Below are positions 40,554 to 49,139 of a DNA stretch of 64,000 nt, piece by piece. Where the stretch lies: the IMG/VR virus record IMGVR_UViG_3300045988_144682; one strand, given 5' to 3'. The notes under the pieces were generated by a model, which worked only from the letters and a program-made list of their open reading frames with translations, did no database searches and had not been told where the DNA came from. Within the stretch, counting starts at the first letter, position 1. The number at the start of each line of letters is the position of its first letter. This stretch comes from a virus. The position numbers and the translations under genes are program-made.

Positions 40554-40706
40554 TAGACACTTTGACAGAGGATATCATTATCTTCTGTTGATTTACAATA
40601 GGATATTAAGGGGAGGAATAATATCCTATGCTTTTTCATATAATTTTCATTTGCTTGTAAAAATAATTTGAAAGAATTAAATCAAAAATTTTGCTGTATG
40701 TGTCTA
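40554..40706 (-). ncRNA. array stem-loop module C
   Basis: 7-bp closing stem TAGACAC / GTGTCTA. Loop starts ATACAGCAAAAT. Begins 2 nt after the tRNA-Ile 3' end. Confidence 0.55.
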
Positions 40707-40708
40707 AA

Positions 40709-40779
40709 TTGGAATAATAAGAATCGAACTTATGTGACCTCCGTATCAGAGAGGCATTCTACCATTGAATTATATTCCA
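40709..40779 (-). tRNA. tRNA-Ile(GAT)
   Basis: Acceptor TGGAATA/TATTCCA. Anticodon loop CTGATAC. T arm ATAAG-TTCGATT-CTTAT. Confidence 0.85.
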
Positions 40780-40791
40780 GTATAATATGAG

Positions 40792-40883
40792 CGGTAAGGG
40801 TGGGCTACGACCCCACGGTACATGACTTAACATGTACGCTAGATTAGCAATCTAGTGCATTAAACCAACTCTGCCACCTTACC
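40792..40883 (-). tRNA. tRNA-Ser(GCT)
   Basis: Acceptor GGTAAGG/CCTTACC. Anticodon arm CTAGA-TTGCTAA-TCTAG. Long variable arm. Unusual T loop GTCGTAG. Confidence 0.8.
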
Positions 40884-40887
40884 ATGA

Positions 40888-40958
40888 TGGGTGTAGTGAG
40901 GCTTGAACTCACGACTTACCGGTTAAAAGCCGGTTACTCTACCAACTGAGTTACACCC
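40888..40958 (-). tRNA. tRNA-Lys(TTT)
   Basis: Anticodon arm ACCGG-CTTTTAA-CCGGT. T arm GTGAG-TTCAAGC-CTCAC. The acceptor-to-D connector looks 1 nt short. Confidence 0.75.
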
Positions 40959-41023
40959 AGATTAAATAATGTACCTATAATATTACATGCCAACCAATCG
41001 CCAAATTGATTATAACTGTAAAA

Positions 41024-41116
41024 CGAAGAGGGTGGGATTTGAACCCACGAACCGCCATCACTGACGGTTGCCAGTTTTCAAGACTGGTGCAATAATCCAG
41101 ACTCTGCCACCTCTCC
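41024..41116 (-). tRNA. tRNA-Ser(TGA)
   Basis: Anticodon arm CCAGT-CTTGAAA-ACTGG. Long variable arm. T arm GTGGG-TTCAAAT-CCCAC. Confidence 0.85.
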
Positions 41117-41125
41117 AAAAATAAA

Positions 41126-41197
41126 CACCCATACTTGGAATCGAACCAAGATCATAGCTTTAGAAGAACCATGTTCTCTCCATTGAACTATACGGGC
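41126..41197 (-). tRNA. tRNA-Arg(TCT)
   Basis: Anticodon loop CTTCTAA. T arm CTTGG-TTCGATT-CCAAG. G1.U72. Confidence 0.8.
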
Positions 41198-41201
41198 AAA
41201 A

Positions 41202-41273
41202 CAGACATAATAGGAATCGAACCTATATCGCACGATTCGTAGTCGTGAACTCTATCCATTAAGCTATATGTCC
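41202..41273 (-). tRNA. tRNA-Arg(ACG)
   Basis: Anticodon arm CACGA-CTACGAA-TCGTG. T arm ATAGG-TTCGATT-CCTAT. Confidence 0.85.
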
Positions 41274-41343
41274 ATGATTATGTTTTCTTCACCATTTCAT
41301 GTATACCTCATATGCCTTTTTATAAGGGCTTTATTTGATTGAG

Positions 41344-41416
41344 TGGGAAGTGGTGGAGTCGAACCACCTACACTTAGGGCTTCAACCTAATGCTCTACCA
41401 GTTGAGCTAACTTCCC
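41344..41416 (-). tRNA. tRNA-Phe(GAA)
   Basis: Acceptor GGGAAGT/ACTTCCC. Anticodon arm TTAGG-TTGAAGC-CCTAA. Confidence 0.9.
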
Positions 41417-41532
41417 AAATGTAGTTTACCCTTGCTATCGTGGAAGGAAAGATCTTCATTACCGCTTGTCGTAAACGCCAATTTCTACCGTTTGAAGTGA
41501 GTCGTTAGAATTGGTAAAGCAACTATCTCACA

Positions 41533-41616
41533 TGGGCGTGGAGGGAGTCGAACCCACTAGATCCCGAAGGCAGCAGATTTACAGTCTGCCCGATCTCCGT
41601 AGTCGTTTACACACCC
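41533..41616 (-). tRNA. tRNA-Tyr(GTA)
   Basis: Anticodon arm GCAGA-CTGTAAA-TCTGC. Long variable arm. One mismatch in the T stem. Confidence 0.8.
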
Positions 41617-41642
41617 AAATATAAAATTGCATAAATGCAAAA

Positions 41643-41715
41643 AGCATCTGACCGGGAATGATCCGGCATCGCCTGGGTGGAAGCCAGGTATGTTATCCAA
41701 TTACACCACAAATGC
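41643..41715 (-). tRNA. tRNA-Gly(TCC)
   Basis: Anticodon arm CCTGG-CTTCCAC-CCAGG. Unusual T loop ATCATTC. Confidence 0.8.
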
Positions 41716-41719
41716 AGAA

Positions 41720-41791
41720 CAGACGCAGTAGGACTCGAACCCACATCTTACAGTTTTGGAGACTGTTGTTTTACCATTAAACTACACATCT
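41720..41791 (-). tRNA. tRNA-Trp(CCA)
   Basis: Anticodon arm ACAGT-CTCCAAA-ACTGT. Acceptor stem has three G.U pairs. Confidence 0.8.
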
Positions 41792-41917
41792 ACAGTTAGT
41801 TTTTACTCGGCTTACACTATAACCCAACAAGCATATCACGTTAATATAACTTGCTACATTTATTTCTCGTTGTAAATGCTAAAAAACGTTTCTGGTTGAC
41901 TGCAGATTCACCAGTAA

Positions 41918-41990
41918 TAGGGTGTATGGGAATCGAACCCATCTCGTAGCCGTGAAAGGGCTATAACTTAAACCGCTTGTCCAACACCCC
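41918..41990 (-). tRNA. tRNA-Glu(TTC)
   Basis: Anticodon arm TAGCC-CTTTCAC-GGCTA. T arm ATGGG-TTCGATT-CCCAT. Confidence 0.85.
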
Positions 41991-41994
41991 ATAA

Positions 41995-42066
41995 CGGTCT
42001 AGGTGGGAATCGAACCCACGACTTCGGAGAGACAATCCGATGTTATTACCACTTAACTACAAGACC
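41995..42066 (-). tRNA. tRNA-Asp(GTC)
   Basis: Anticodon arm TCGGA-TTGTCTC-TCCGA. T arm GTGGG-TTCGATT-CCCAC. Confidence 0.85.
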
Positions 42067-42072
42067 AAAATC

Positions 42073-42136
42073 AAGGCACAATCCACTTAAAATATTCATC
42101 CATTTGAAAGTATAAGTAATTTGCTGTACGTGCCTT
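42073..42136 (-). ncRNA. array stem-loop module D
   Basis: 7-bp closing stem AAGGCAC / GTGCCTT. Loop starts GTACAGCAAATT. Ends 6 nt before the tRNA-Asp 5' end. Confidence 0.55.
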
Positions 42137-42143
42137 ACGAAAC

Positions 42144-42204
42144 TAAGCTCATTTCGGTAGTATTTTTAACAGAAATATCCCAAATAAATTGCTGTATGAG
42201 CTTA
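42144..42204 (-). ncRNA. array stem-loop module E
   Basis: 8-bp closing stem TAAGCTCA / TGAGCTTA. Loop starts TACAGCAATTT. Begins 3 nt after the tRNA-Cys 3' end. Confidence 0.55.
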
Positions 42205-42207
42205 AAG

Positions 42208-42281
42208 AGAGTACAGTTGGATTTGAACCAACGAATACTGATTTTGCAGACCAGTGCATTGCCAGACTTTGCTATGTACTC
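42208..42281 (-). tRNA. tRNA-Cys(GCA)
   Basis: Acceptor GAGTACA/TGTACTC. Anticodon loop CTGCAAA. T arm GTTGG-TTCAAAT-CCAAC. Confidence 0.85.
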
Positions 42282-42368
42282 TTACATAAACGATAGAACT
42301 ATTACGCAATGAATAGCCCCACCGCTTATTAACAAAAACATATAGGACAAAACATAAAACAAGATAAA

Positions 42369-42441
42369 TTGCGGATGGGGGATTTGAACCCTCGACCTCT
42401 TGCTTATGAGGCAAGCGAGCTGACCACTGCTCTAATCCGCA
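42369..42441 (-). tRNA. tRNA-Met(CAT), elongator-like (could be Ile2 if lysidinylated)
   Basis: Acceptor TGCGGAT/ATCCGCA. Anticodon arm CTTGC-CTCATAA-GCAAG. No initiator GGG/CCC stem. Confidence 0.85.
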
Positions 42442-42547
42442 TTATGCATTTATTATAGTTTGATTAAAAGTAAGAGATAAATAGAAGTTTATGGATGGTA
42501 AACCTCTATTTATTTCATTTACTTTATTTCCTGTTCCTTATGTATGT

Positions 42548-42575
42548 ATTATAGCATATATTCAGAAAATGTCAA
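42548..42575 (-). promoter_or_regulatory. sigma-A-type promoter for the tRNA array
   Basis: Minus strand reads TTGACA, 16-nt spacer ending in TGC, then TATAAT. The -10 lies about 105 nt upstream of tRNA-Met. Confidence 0.65.
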
Positions 42576-42588
42576 TACATTTCTACAT

Positions 42589-43008
42589 TTATTTTTGCTT
42601 GTTAAAAATAAAAGTTCCCAAAACAGTAGAAGATAAGTCATCAACAGACATATCTTTTACAAGCTGCGAACTTACTGTATCTTGAACAATTGCAAATTTT
42701 GCTTCGTTACGATACATATTCTCCCCATTATAAGCTGGTTGAATGTAAAGCTCATTTTCTTCTGTAAGAGATAAGACATACAGATCCTTGCAAACAGGAT
42801 CAATATCTGAAAGAATTATATCAATAGAAGCAATAGTAATATCGCTATACTCTGTAATAGCATATTTCAATGCATCTATAATAAAACTTGACTCCCCATA
42901 TAATTTAACCGATTCGTATTCTTCGTGTGGAATTTTTGAATGAATCTCCAAACAATCAAAAATTTCCTTCATGCTGCTAAATGTTCTACATTGTATTTTG
43001 TAACTCAT
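42589..43008 (-). CDS. hypothetical protein
   Basis: 139-aa ORF with a weak RBS, 9 nt after the upstream stop. Confidence 0.5.
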   Translation of the reverse strand: MSYKIQCRTFSSMKEIFDCLEIHSKIPHEEYESVKLYGESSFIIDALKYAITEYSDITIASIDIILSDIDPVCKDLYVLSLTEENELYIQPAYNGENMYRNEAKFAIVQDTVSSQLVKDMSVDDLSSTVLGTFIFNKQK

Positions 43009-43016
43009 TATTAAGG

Positions 43017-44255
43017 TTAATTGAGAACAAATGTATGCTCATCAACTTTTCCTTTTCCAGTTTCAAATATAACAAAAGATGCTGTGGCATCGGCAGTCTT
43101 CCTTATTGACATTGAATAATCATCTGATCCAATAATTGATCCAACACCAATCACCCCTCTACGGACTCCACAGTTTACAAACTCTGAATGGTGTTTATGA
43201 CCAGCCACAAGATAATCTATCTTGGTATCATAAATATCAGAGTAATCTTTAATAGCAGCAGTTAAACTACGGACTTCCCCATGAATCCCTATAACATTAT
43301 ATCCAGCAATATCAGTAAAAATAAAGCCGGATTTATTCGTTATGTAACGGAAGTTGGGATTATCCTCATTTATAATACGAATAATACTTCCAGTAACCAT
43401 TTCAATGTTATCATGTGAATGTTCACCTTTTTTACCATCCAGTAAGCGAAGTTCACCATGATTTCCATTTGTTTGATAGTATTCTATGTCAAATTCATCG
43501 GACAATCTTCTCAGCCATTTACCCATATACTCCCCGTATATAACGGCACTTTCCGGCACACCATACCGTAATGTCCATAATTGTGAATTACGCAAGAATC
43601 CATCTAACGAATCCCCTAAATTAAATACTTTGAATCCTTTGAGTTTCTCTTTGTGTGCATAATCCACCACTTCATTGTAGAGAACTTCCATACGCATAAA
43701 AAATATCTCAGGACTATAAGCATTTACAATTTCATCATTCAGACCATACACTTTGAAATCTTTTCCAAAATGACAGTCTGCTATATTCAAAAGACCATAA
43801 CGAGATGAAAGCATACCACCGATTTTTTGCGGAGGATCTACTTTATTCAGCGTTTCGTGAATAGCAGTAATGACTTTTTCCTCAAATAAATCATCCCTGG
43901 CATCTTCACGTAACCATCTGTTATACTCCAACTTTTCAGTATGAAGTTTCGCACGCTCTTTGATAAGCTCTCTCTTTTTCAATTCAAGCTCTTTCAAATA
44001 ACTTTCAGTATCATCACGGCTTTGATTTTCCATTTTCTCTTTGAAATACTGCATAACTTTATAACCAGAAAATTCAGTTACATTTGCAGCTTTTCGTAAG
44101 CTATCCCTATGGCAGTCTAAATGTAAAAGCGTGACAATATCTTCCCAGTCCAAATCGTCCGGCTTTTCTTCGACCTTTATAGAGATGAGTCTAAGACCAT
44201 ATTCGTAATCAGTCTCATTTTCCAACTTTTTGTACTTCGGATTGATACCAACCAC
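43017..44255 (-). CDS. calcineurin-like metallophosphoesterase (Mre11/SbcD-like nuclease or phosphatase)
   Basis: 412 aa with motifs IADCHFG (DxH), NLGDSLDG (GDxxD), GNHGE and GHKHH. GTG start. Confidence 0.75.
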   Translation of the reverse strand: MVGINPKYKKLENETDYEYGLRLISIKVEEKPDDLDWEDIVTLLHLDCHRDSLRKAANVTEFSGYKVMQYFKEKMENQSRDDTESYLKELELKKRELIKERAKLHTEKLEYNRWLREDARDDLFEEKVITAIHETLNKVDPPQKIGGMLSSRYGLLNIADCHFGKDFKVYGLNDEIVNAYSPEIFFMRMEVLYNEVVDYAHKEKLKGFKVFNLGDSLDGFLRNSQLWTLRYGVPESAVIYGEYMGKWLRRLSDEFDIEYYQTNGNHGELRLLDGKKGEHSHDNIEMVTGSIIRIINEDNPNFRYITNKSGFIFTDIAGYNVIGIHGEVRSLTAAIKDYSDIYDTKIDYLVAGHKHHSEFVNCGVRRGVIGVGSIIGSDDYSMSIRKTADATASFVIFETGKGKVDEHTFVLN

Positions 44256-44337
44256 CCCTTTTTATTTTTTGACTGTTACCATAAAAGCAAGGTTTTATGT
44301 ACGTTCCTACATACTCCCTTATTCATAATAGGGTGCA

Positions 44338-44383
44338 AAAATAAAAATCCTCTGTAAAAAGCAAAGACAGCTAATTACAGAGG
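44338..44383 (-). terminator. intrinsic terminator
   Basis: Minus strand reads CCTCTGTAA, a 17-nt loop, then TTACAGAGG, followed by ATTTTTATTTTT. Confidence 0.55.
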
Positions 44384-44393
44384 AAAAAGATAA

Positions 44394-45377
44394 CTAAATT
44401 GATTCCGTGACATTATTTATATTGGCTTTATTACGCATTCGTTGTTTCCGTTTTCGTTCAGCAGCCAATTTTTTTGATTGAATTTTTTGACATTGTTCAC
44501 ATCTACAAGACTTACGACTTTTTGCGCCAACTTTAAATTTTATGCCACAATCAATACAAATAAGTTCTTGTATATTTTTTTTATGATAACCACGATGCTT
44601 ATAACAATATGCAGAATCTTTTGTTTTACTCTGCTTGAATAATCTGCCACAAAATTTACATGTACCAATTTTTCCACCATTCAATCTATCATAATGCAAA
44701 TTCAAATGGTCATAATCGGTAATGTAATCCAGAACATCATCTGGATTCTCTGCAGTGTCAACGAATTTTACAAACCACGATCTGTATTTATTATTCGTGA
44801 TATCAAACACACCCTCACGATACAAACAACCAAGAGAAAAATTCTTCTCTTCCGCATTTTTAAATCTACATCCACCGGCTTTATAAATATCCCGTTTAGG
44901 CATATGACAATAAAAAAGTGTATCTTCTGTGATAGTGGCAGAATTCTCAATGGAAATACTATGCAGCCTGTGATATTTTGCATCAACAAGCATTACAAAT
45001 AACATTCGGCGGTAATTGTCATTCTCAATTGTGCAAATTTTCTCCCACTCCTTTTTGGTGATAGGAGTAGGGAGTGGCAATTTTAACTTATACAGTCGTG
45101 AGCTGGCAACTGCATTGTCGATATCCTGAAATTTCACAATGTAATTGAAATCAATGTAATACCTATTGCAAAATGCTTTTAGTTCTTTTTCTATTTGGCT
45201 GTCTAATTGTTCCATATCTTCAACAGTGACATTATTGTAGTCCTTCCCGGATTCTGTAATCGCCTTGTATCTCAAATATTTTGCATACAAGAGCAAATCG
45301 GATCTTTTGTATTCGTCAACAGCAGTAGTGGAAGCCTCCATTTCCTGCGCAACGGACAATTCATCGAAATAAATCAT
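44394..45377 (-). CDS. hypothetical protein with C-terminal multi-Cys zinc-finger cluster and basic tail
   Basis: 327 aa with GGAGG RBS. Contains CKFCG..CYKH..CIDCG..CRCEQC followed by KKLAAERKRKQRMRNK. Overlaps the RNAP gene stop. Confidence 0.6.
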   Translation of the reverse strand: MIYFDELSVAQEMEASTTAVDEYKRSDLLLYAKYLRYKAITESGKDYNNVTVEDMEQLDSQIEKELKAFCNRYYIDFNYIVKFQDIDNAVASSRLYKLKLPLPTPITKKEWEKICTIENDNYRRMLFVMLVDAKYHRLHSISIENSATITEDTLFYCHMPKRDIYKAGGCRFKNAEEKNFSLGCLYREGVFDITNNKYRSWFVKFVDTAENPDDVLDYITDYDHLNLHYDRLNGGKIGTCKFCGRLFKQSKTKDSAYCYKHRGYHKKNIQELICIDCGIKFKVGAKSRKSCRCEQCQKIQSKKLAAERKRKQRMRNKANINNVTESI

Positions 45378-48193
45378 ACATTTACCTCCACAACGCTATA
45401 TTTTTTACCGAGATATGATATTGTACCGTTTTTTTCATCCAAAACTGGCATTTTTGGTGTGACAGTAGAGTTCTTTTTCAAGTTTTCTACAATTTGGTTG
45501 CCAAAAATACTCCAACAGAAGTCTTTTGTACGGCTAGGATGCAGCTCATAGCATACATAGATTGCCAAATCACAAGCATATTGCACATCACCGATAAACT
45601 TATCTGTAATTCTGTCTCTGATGGCAAGCGGATATTTGATAAATTCCGATGTCTGAGAGACACTGTGAGTATAATCACTCTTGCGTTTTACTCTTAAACT
45701 GTCTTTTTGTGATTTGTAGTCCAGGTATTGAGCGTTCATGTACTCAATATCTTCTTCAGCAAAGTTCAAATTAGTGCCAGAATACATTGATTTAACCAAA
45801 TGTTCCGGCGTTTTCATATGTCTTTTTCTTTTTATTTCACTTAAATGCTTCTCCATATAGTGACAAATCTTATTCATCCTGCCATTATAATCAATCAGTG
45901 GCGAATAAGGGTAAAATTTATCAATTAGATAATCCCTCTCAGCGTCAGTAAGATCTTCCGGCGCAGAATCCAGAATGTCATAAATTGATTTTTGGAACAA
46001 CATCATGCACACATCGTTCTCTTTATCCAGGTATTTAAGATACTTAGAGTTCTCAGAGCTGTAAAGATAACGGAAGAAGTAAGGTTTCTTGTCTGCAACT
46101 ATTGAATTGTAAAACTCAAAGTCAATATCTTCCACATCGTCTGGCTTTTTAGAAATCTTCCTTGTCCAATGTTTAGGCATTGGCTCAATTTTTATTCCCT
46201 TCGCCTTATCAATCGAATCTCCCTGAGACTTTCTGATAAGTTTGAGGCGTTCCAAAATCTCATCTTGCTCACGCTTGAATGTAATATCACCCTCATAGCG
46301 TGCTAAAATCTCATAGAATGCAGTTGAAATATTCGTAATACGACCAATTGTACTATCGAATGATTGAATGTCTGCTTTGTACAGTTCATCTTCTGAAATG
46401 TACTCTTTATCTACAGTAGATTTTGAGTATGTAATTGGAAGATTGTCGTAACGGCAGCGTAAGAACACTGGATTATCAGTAGTGGCTACAATATCTCCGT
46501 CAAAATCGGAGTCTGCATGAATTATGCAGTCACAACCCCAAACATTATAAACAATGCCACTTGTCAGATATTTGAACCATTTTTCTGTTAATTCATTGTT
46601 CTTCAAGTTAAGTTTATTCACTTCTGAACGCCATGTAAGCGGTGATCTCATAGCAACAACATCAGTTTTTCCACGTTTGTTCCAAAAGTAAGAGTAATGC
46701 TCAAATTCTTTTAATGCACCGGTAACTGTATGACCAAATGCGTGCTGCATAAATGCATACATATCTGGAATCATTACACTAAAATTACCGTCCAGAATAA
46801 GTTTTCCTAAATAAGTTTCTCTGATTTTTTTATTTATGCTCATTATGATATTTGATTTTATATATTCTTCGCTAATCATTTCTGGATTAACAATCAGTGC
46901 TTTCGCAACATTGTCACTTGTCAAGTCAAAAATGTTGTTAAAATCAATATCATCTTTATCACATAGTTTTCCAAGCAAAAATAATATCGCCTGGTTTGGA
47001 TCGTCAATCGAAATACCATTCAGCCACTTTACAGTAGGATCACATAACTCAGCTACGTCATCATCATTTGTGAGATCAATAGCCTGACAGAATTGATAAT
47101 TGGAACGAAAACAATTATCGTCTGTTTTAGGAGTAACTTTTGTAACTCCCCACAAGAAACCATTTTCTTCACATAATCTATCATATTCTTGAATTGAATC
47201 ATAAGCATTCCATAATTTAAACTGTGACTTTGTAAGGATCATATCTGTTTTAGTTATATCTACCAGATTCCCATACAGATCTTTCATTTCTGTAATCCCA
47301 CATTCTGCAGCATACTGTTTGAAATCAACAACGAACACCATACCTTTTACATATGCGCATCTTACACAGAATGCAGATGGGATATAATCTAATTCCAGTT
47401 CATCAGCTACACGCTTTGCGAATTCCACAGAAACAGCACCACATCCATCGAATAAATTAAACGGCAGAGTTTTTATCTCTTCAGAAACTCGCTCATTATT
47501 TGCAATAGCGTCTTTTTCTTCTTTTGGAATCTTTGAAATCCAATCAACTTTCTTTTCCATTTCGATTTCGCAGTCATCAATAAGATAAACATTCGGGTGT
47601 GGAATTGTGTAGGTTGCAGAAGATGAGAGAGCAAAGTAAGCATTGTATTTGTTTTTCGTTATTTTGACGCTTTTTGCCCCACAACGTAATCTTTTCTTTA
47701 ACTCTGCATCAAAATCTTCACGAATTAAGATTACAGTATTTACTCTCGCTTGTCCGGCACTACACATGAGGCGAACATACTTAAATCCATTTATATATAA
47801 TCCATCACGAATGATTTTTCTGTAATGAGAAATATCATCAATGACAACAGAAACATATTCTGGAATGAATAGCATTTCATCAATCTTACCGTTGATTATT
47901 GAGATTTGCCGTTTCGCATAATCATTAAATTGCTTTTTTAAATTTTTCTTTTGGGCGTATAGGTCACTTAATATAGCCGGATCATACCGCATTATATTAG
48001 GGTTACGCTCATACCGTATATTTCTAATAGTTCTCAATGCCTGGTTATCTGCCAGAGCAATCAATTCACCATTTTGCCGAATATCACGAATATGATATCC
48101 CGAATTACCAAGAATCCTCTTTAAGTGATATCCAAACTTATCTAATCTAGTGGAAGAGAATTTCATGATATAAAATTGTTGTAATTTTTTCAT
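45374..48193 (-). CDS. YonO-like single-subunit two-barrel RNA polymerase (RdRP/QDE-1-like fold) candidate
   Basis: 939 aa with GGAGG RBS. Contains HADSDFDGDIV (DxDGD metal-binding loop, as in beta-prime NADFDGD and RdRP DbDGD), with an upstream MRSPLTWRSE segment. Size matches SPbeta YonO. Confidence 0.6.
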   Translation of the reverse strand: MKKLQQFYIMKFSSTRLDKFGYHLKRILGNSGYHIRDIRQNGELIALADNQALRTIRNIRYERNPNIMRYDPAILSDLYAQKKNLKKQFNDYAKRQISIINGKIDEMLFIPEYVSVVIDDISHYRKIIRDGLYINGFKYVRLMCSAGQARVNTVILIREDFDAELKKRLRCGAKSVKITKNKYNAYFALSSSATYTIPHPNVYLIDDCEIEMEKKVDWISKIPKEEKDAIANNERVSEEIKTLPFNLFDGCGAVSVEFAKRVADELELDYIPSAFCVRCAYVKGMVFVVDFKQYAAECGITEMKDLYGNLVDITKTDMILTKSQFKLWNAYDSIQEYDRLCEENGFLWGVTKVTPKTDDNCFRSNYQFCQAIDLTNDDDVAELCDPTVKWLNGISIDDPNQAILFLLGKLCDKDDIDFNNIFDLTSDNVAKALIVNPEMISEEYIKSNIIMSINKKIRETYLGKLILDGNFSVMIPDMYAFMQHAFGHTVTGALKEFEHYSYFWNKRGKTDVVAMRSPLTWRSEVNKLNLKNNELTEKWFKYLTSGIVYNVWGCDCIIHADSDFDGDIVATTDNPVFLRCRYDNLPITYSKSTVDKEYISEDELYKADIQSFDSTIGRITNISTAFYEILARYEGDITFKREQDEILERLKLIRKSQGDSIDKAKGIKIEPMPKHWTRKISKKPDDVEDIDFEFYNSIVADKKPYFFRYLYSSENSKYLKYLDKENDVCMMLFQKSIYDILDSAPEDLTDAERDYLIDKFYPYSPLIDYNGRMNKICHYMEKHLSEIKRKRHMKTPEHLVKSMYSGTNLNFAEEDIEYMNAQYLDYKSQKDSLRVKRKSDYTHSVSQTSEFIKYPLAIRDRITDKFIGDVQYACDLAIYVCYELHPSRTKDFCWSIFGNQIVENLKKNSTVTPKMPVLDEKNGTISYLGKKYSVVEVNV

Positions 48194-48441
48194 TTGTCCT
48201 CCCTGTCCAGTCTATCTTTTATCAGTCTTGCTTTCCATTTCTCCAATTCATATACAGATTTCACATCTGGAATATCGGATATGGTAGCAGTAATGCCAAA
48301 ATCCTTCAGAACAGATATCGCTATCTTCAAATCTTTTTCGGTTGGTTTGGCTTTCACTTGATTTTCAATTCTACGAATTTTATCCCTTTCATAATCAAGG
48401 TTGTCGTAGAGTGTCTTGTCATATACTTTGTCCTGATTCAT
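48190..48441 (-). CDS. hypothetical protein
   Basis: 83-aa ORF with an AAGGAG RBS. Confidence 0.55.
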   Translation of the reverse strand: MNQDKVYDKTLYDNLDYERDKIRRIENQVKAKPTEKDLKIAISVLKDFGITATISDIPDVKSVYELEKWKARLIKDRLDREDK

Positions 48442-48445
48442 TTTC

Positions 48446-48835
48446 TTATTTCTCCTTGCTCACATAAAAAATCCCATTACTCTTTACAACATTCACATCT
48501 GGAACAAACTTAACAATTTCCGTAAGCTGCTCAATTGTAAATACATATCCTTTTGCACCGTTATACACTTCACGTAACGCATCATTCACAACATCCCGAA
48601 ATCCAAGAGCATATTTTCTGGACTTCTTGAGATATTTCTGATTGGCAGGATATGGTGTTGTACTTCGTTTGAGTTTTGGCAAGGTGATATCATAAAAATA
48701 TTCTTGACTACTTCTGGTATGTGGATCTGAATGATATTCTTCAATCGTGTTGGCATTTGCCCCAGATACACATGTGTTATAACAATTCTTCGGTAGCCAA
48801 AAATAATTTAAAACATCTAAATTTGCACTAACCAT
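48446..48835 (-). CDS. hypothetical protein (may start at TTG 48916)
   Basis: ATG at 48835 preceded by GGAGA. First gene after the minus-strand promoter. Confidence 0.5.
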   Translation of the reverse strand: MVSANLDVLNYFWLPKNCYNTCVSGANANTIEEYHSDPHTRSSQEYFYDITLPKLKRSTTPYPANQKYLKKSRKYALGFRDVVNDALREVYNGAKGYVFTIEQLTEIVKFVPDVNVVKSNGIFYVSKEK

Positions 48836-48936
48836 ATTGTTGCGTTCTCCATTTATTATTGTTTGATTATAGAAAACGAAAATAATTGGATCAATCCTTT
48901 TCTCCACAAAATCCAACTATATTCGTTCCTACACTG

Positions 48937-48964
48937 ATTATACCACTAATTCAAATATTGTCAA
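48937..48964 (-). promoter_or_regulatory. sigma-A-type promoter, leftward early/middle operon
   Basis: Minus strand reads TTGACA, 16-nt spacer ending in TGG, then TATAAT. Confidence 0.65.
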
Positions 48965-49021
48965 CATTTATTATAGTTTAATTATAAAAACCAACCAACA
49001 AAGAAAAACTTAAATCGTGGC

Positions 49022-49128
49022 GTTATTTATATTTATATATATTATATATATTTATATTATTATATTATATATAAATAATAAAGAGATATATAAATATTTA
49101 TATAATTGGCTATACGTTAGTATAGACA
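49022..49128. repeat. TA-only low-complexity block (left)
   Basis: About 100 bp with almost no G/C. Shares ATATTATTATATTATATATA-type strings with 50030-50070. CTATAC-GTTA-GTATAG hairpin at its right end. Confidence 0.8.
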
Positions 49129-49139
49129 ATTATGGGACA

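Noticed and set aside
40629-40661. 10-codon plus-strand mini-ORF preceded by GGAGG inside a hairpin loop
   Set aside because: It is too short and lies on the strand opposite the array transcript. The GGAGG is part of an internal hairpin of stem-loop module C.
41497-41505. ACGACTCAC on the minus strand, resembling the T7 promoter core
   Set aside because: Only a 9-nt partial match. It lacks the flanking TAATAC/TATAGG, and the phage RNAP here is not T7-like.
40418-42204. Possibility that the repeated TTTGCTGTATG motif marks a CRISPR-like array
   Set aside because: The conserved part is only about 12 nt and spacing is irregular (61-153 nt). Each copy is bracketed by its own complementary stem. 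That is the architecture of structured RNAs, not repeat-spacer units.
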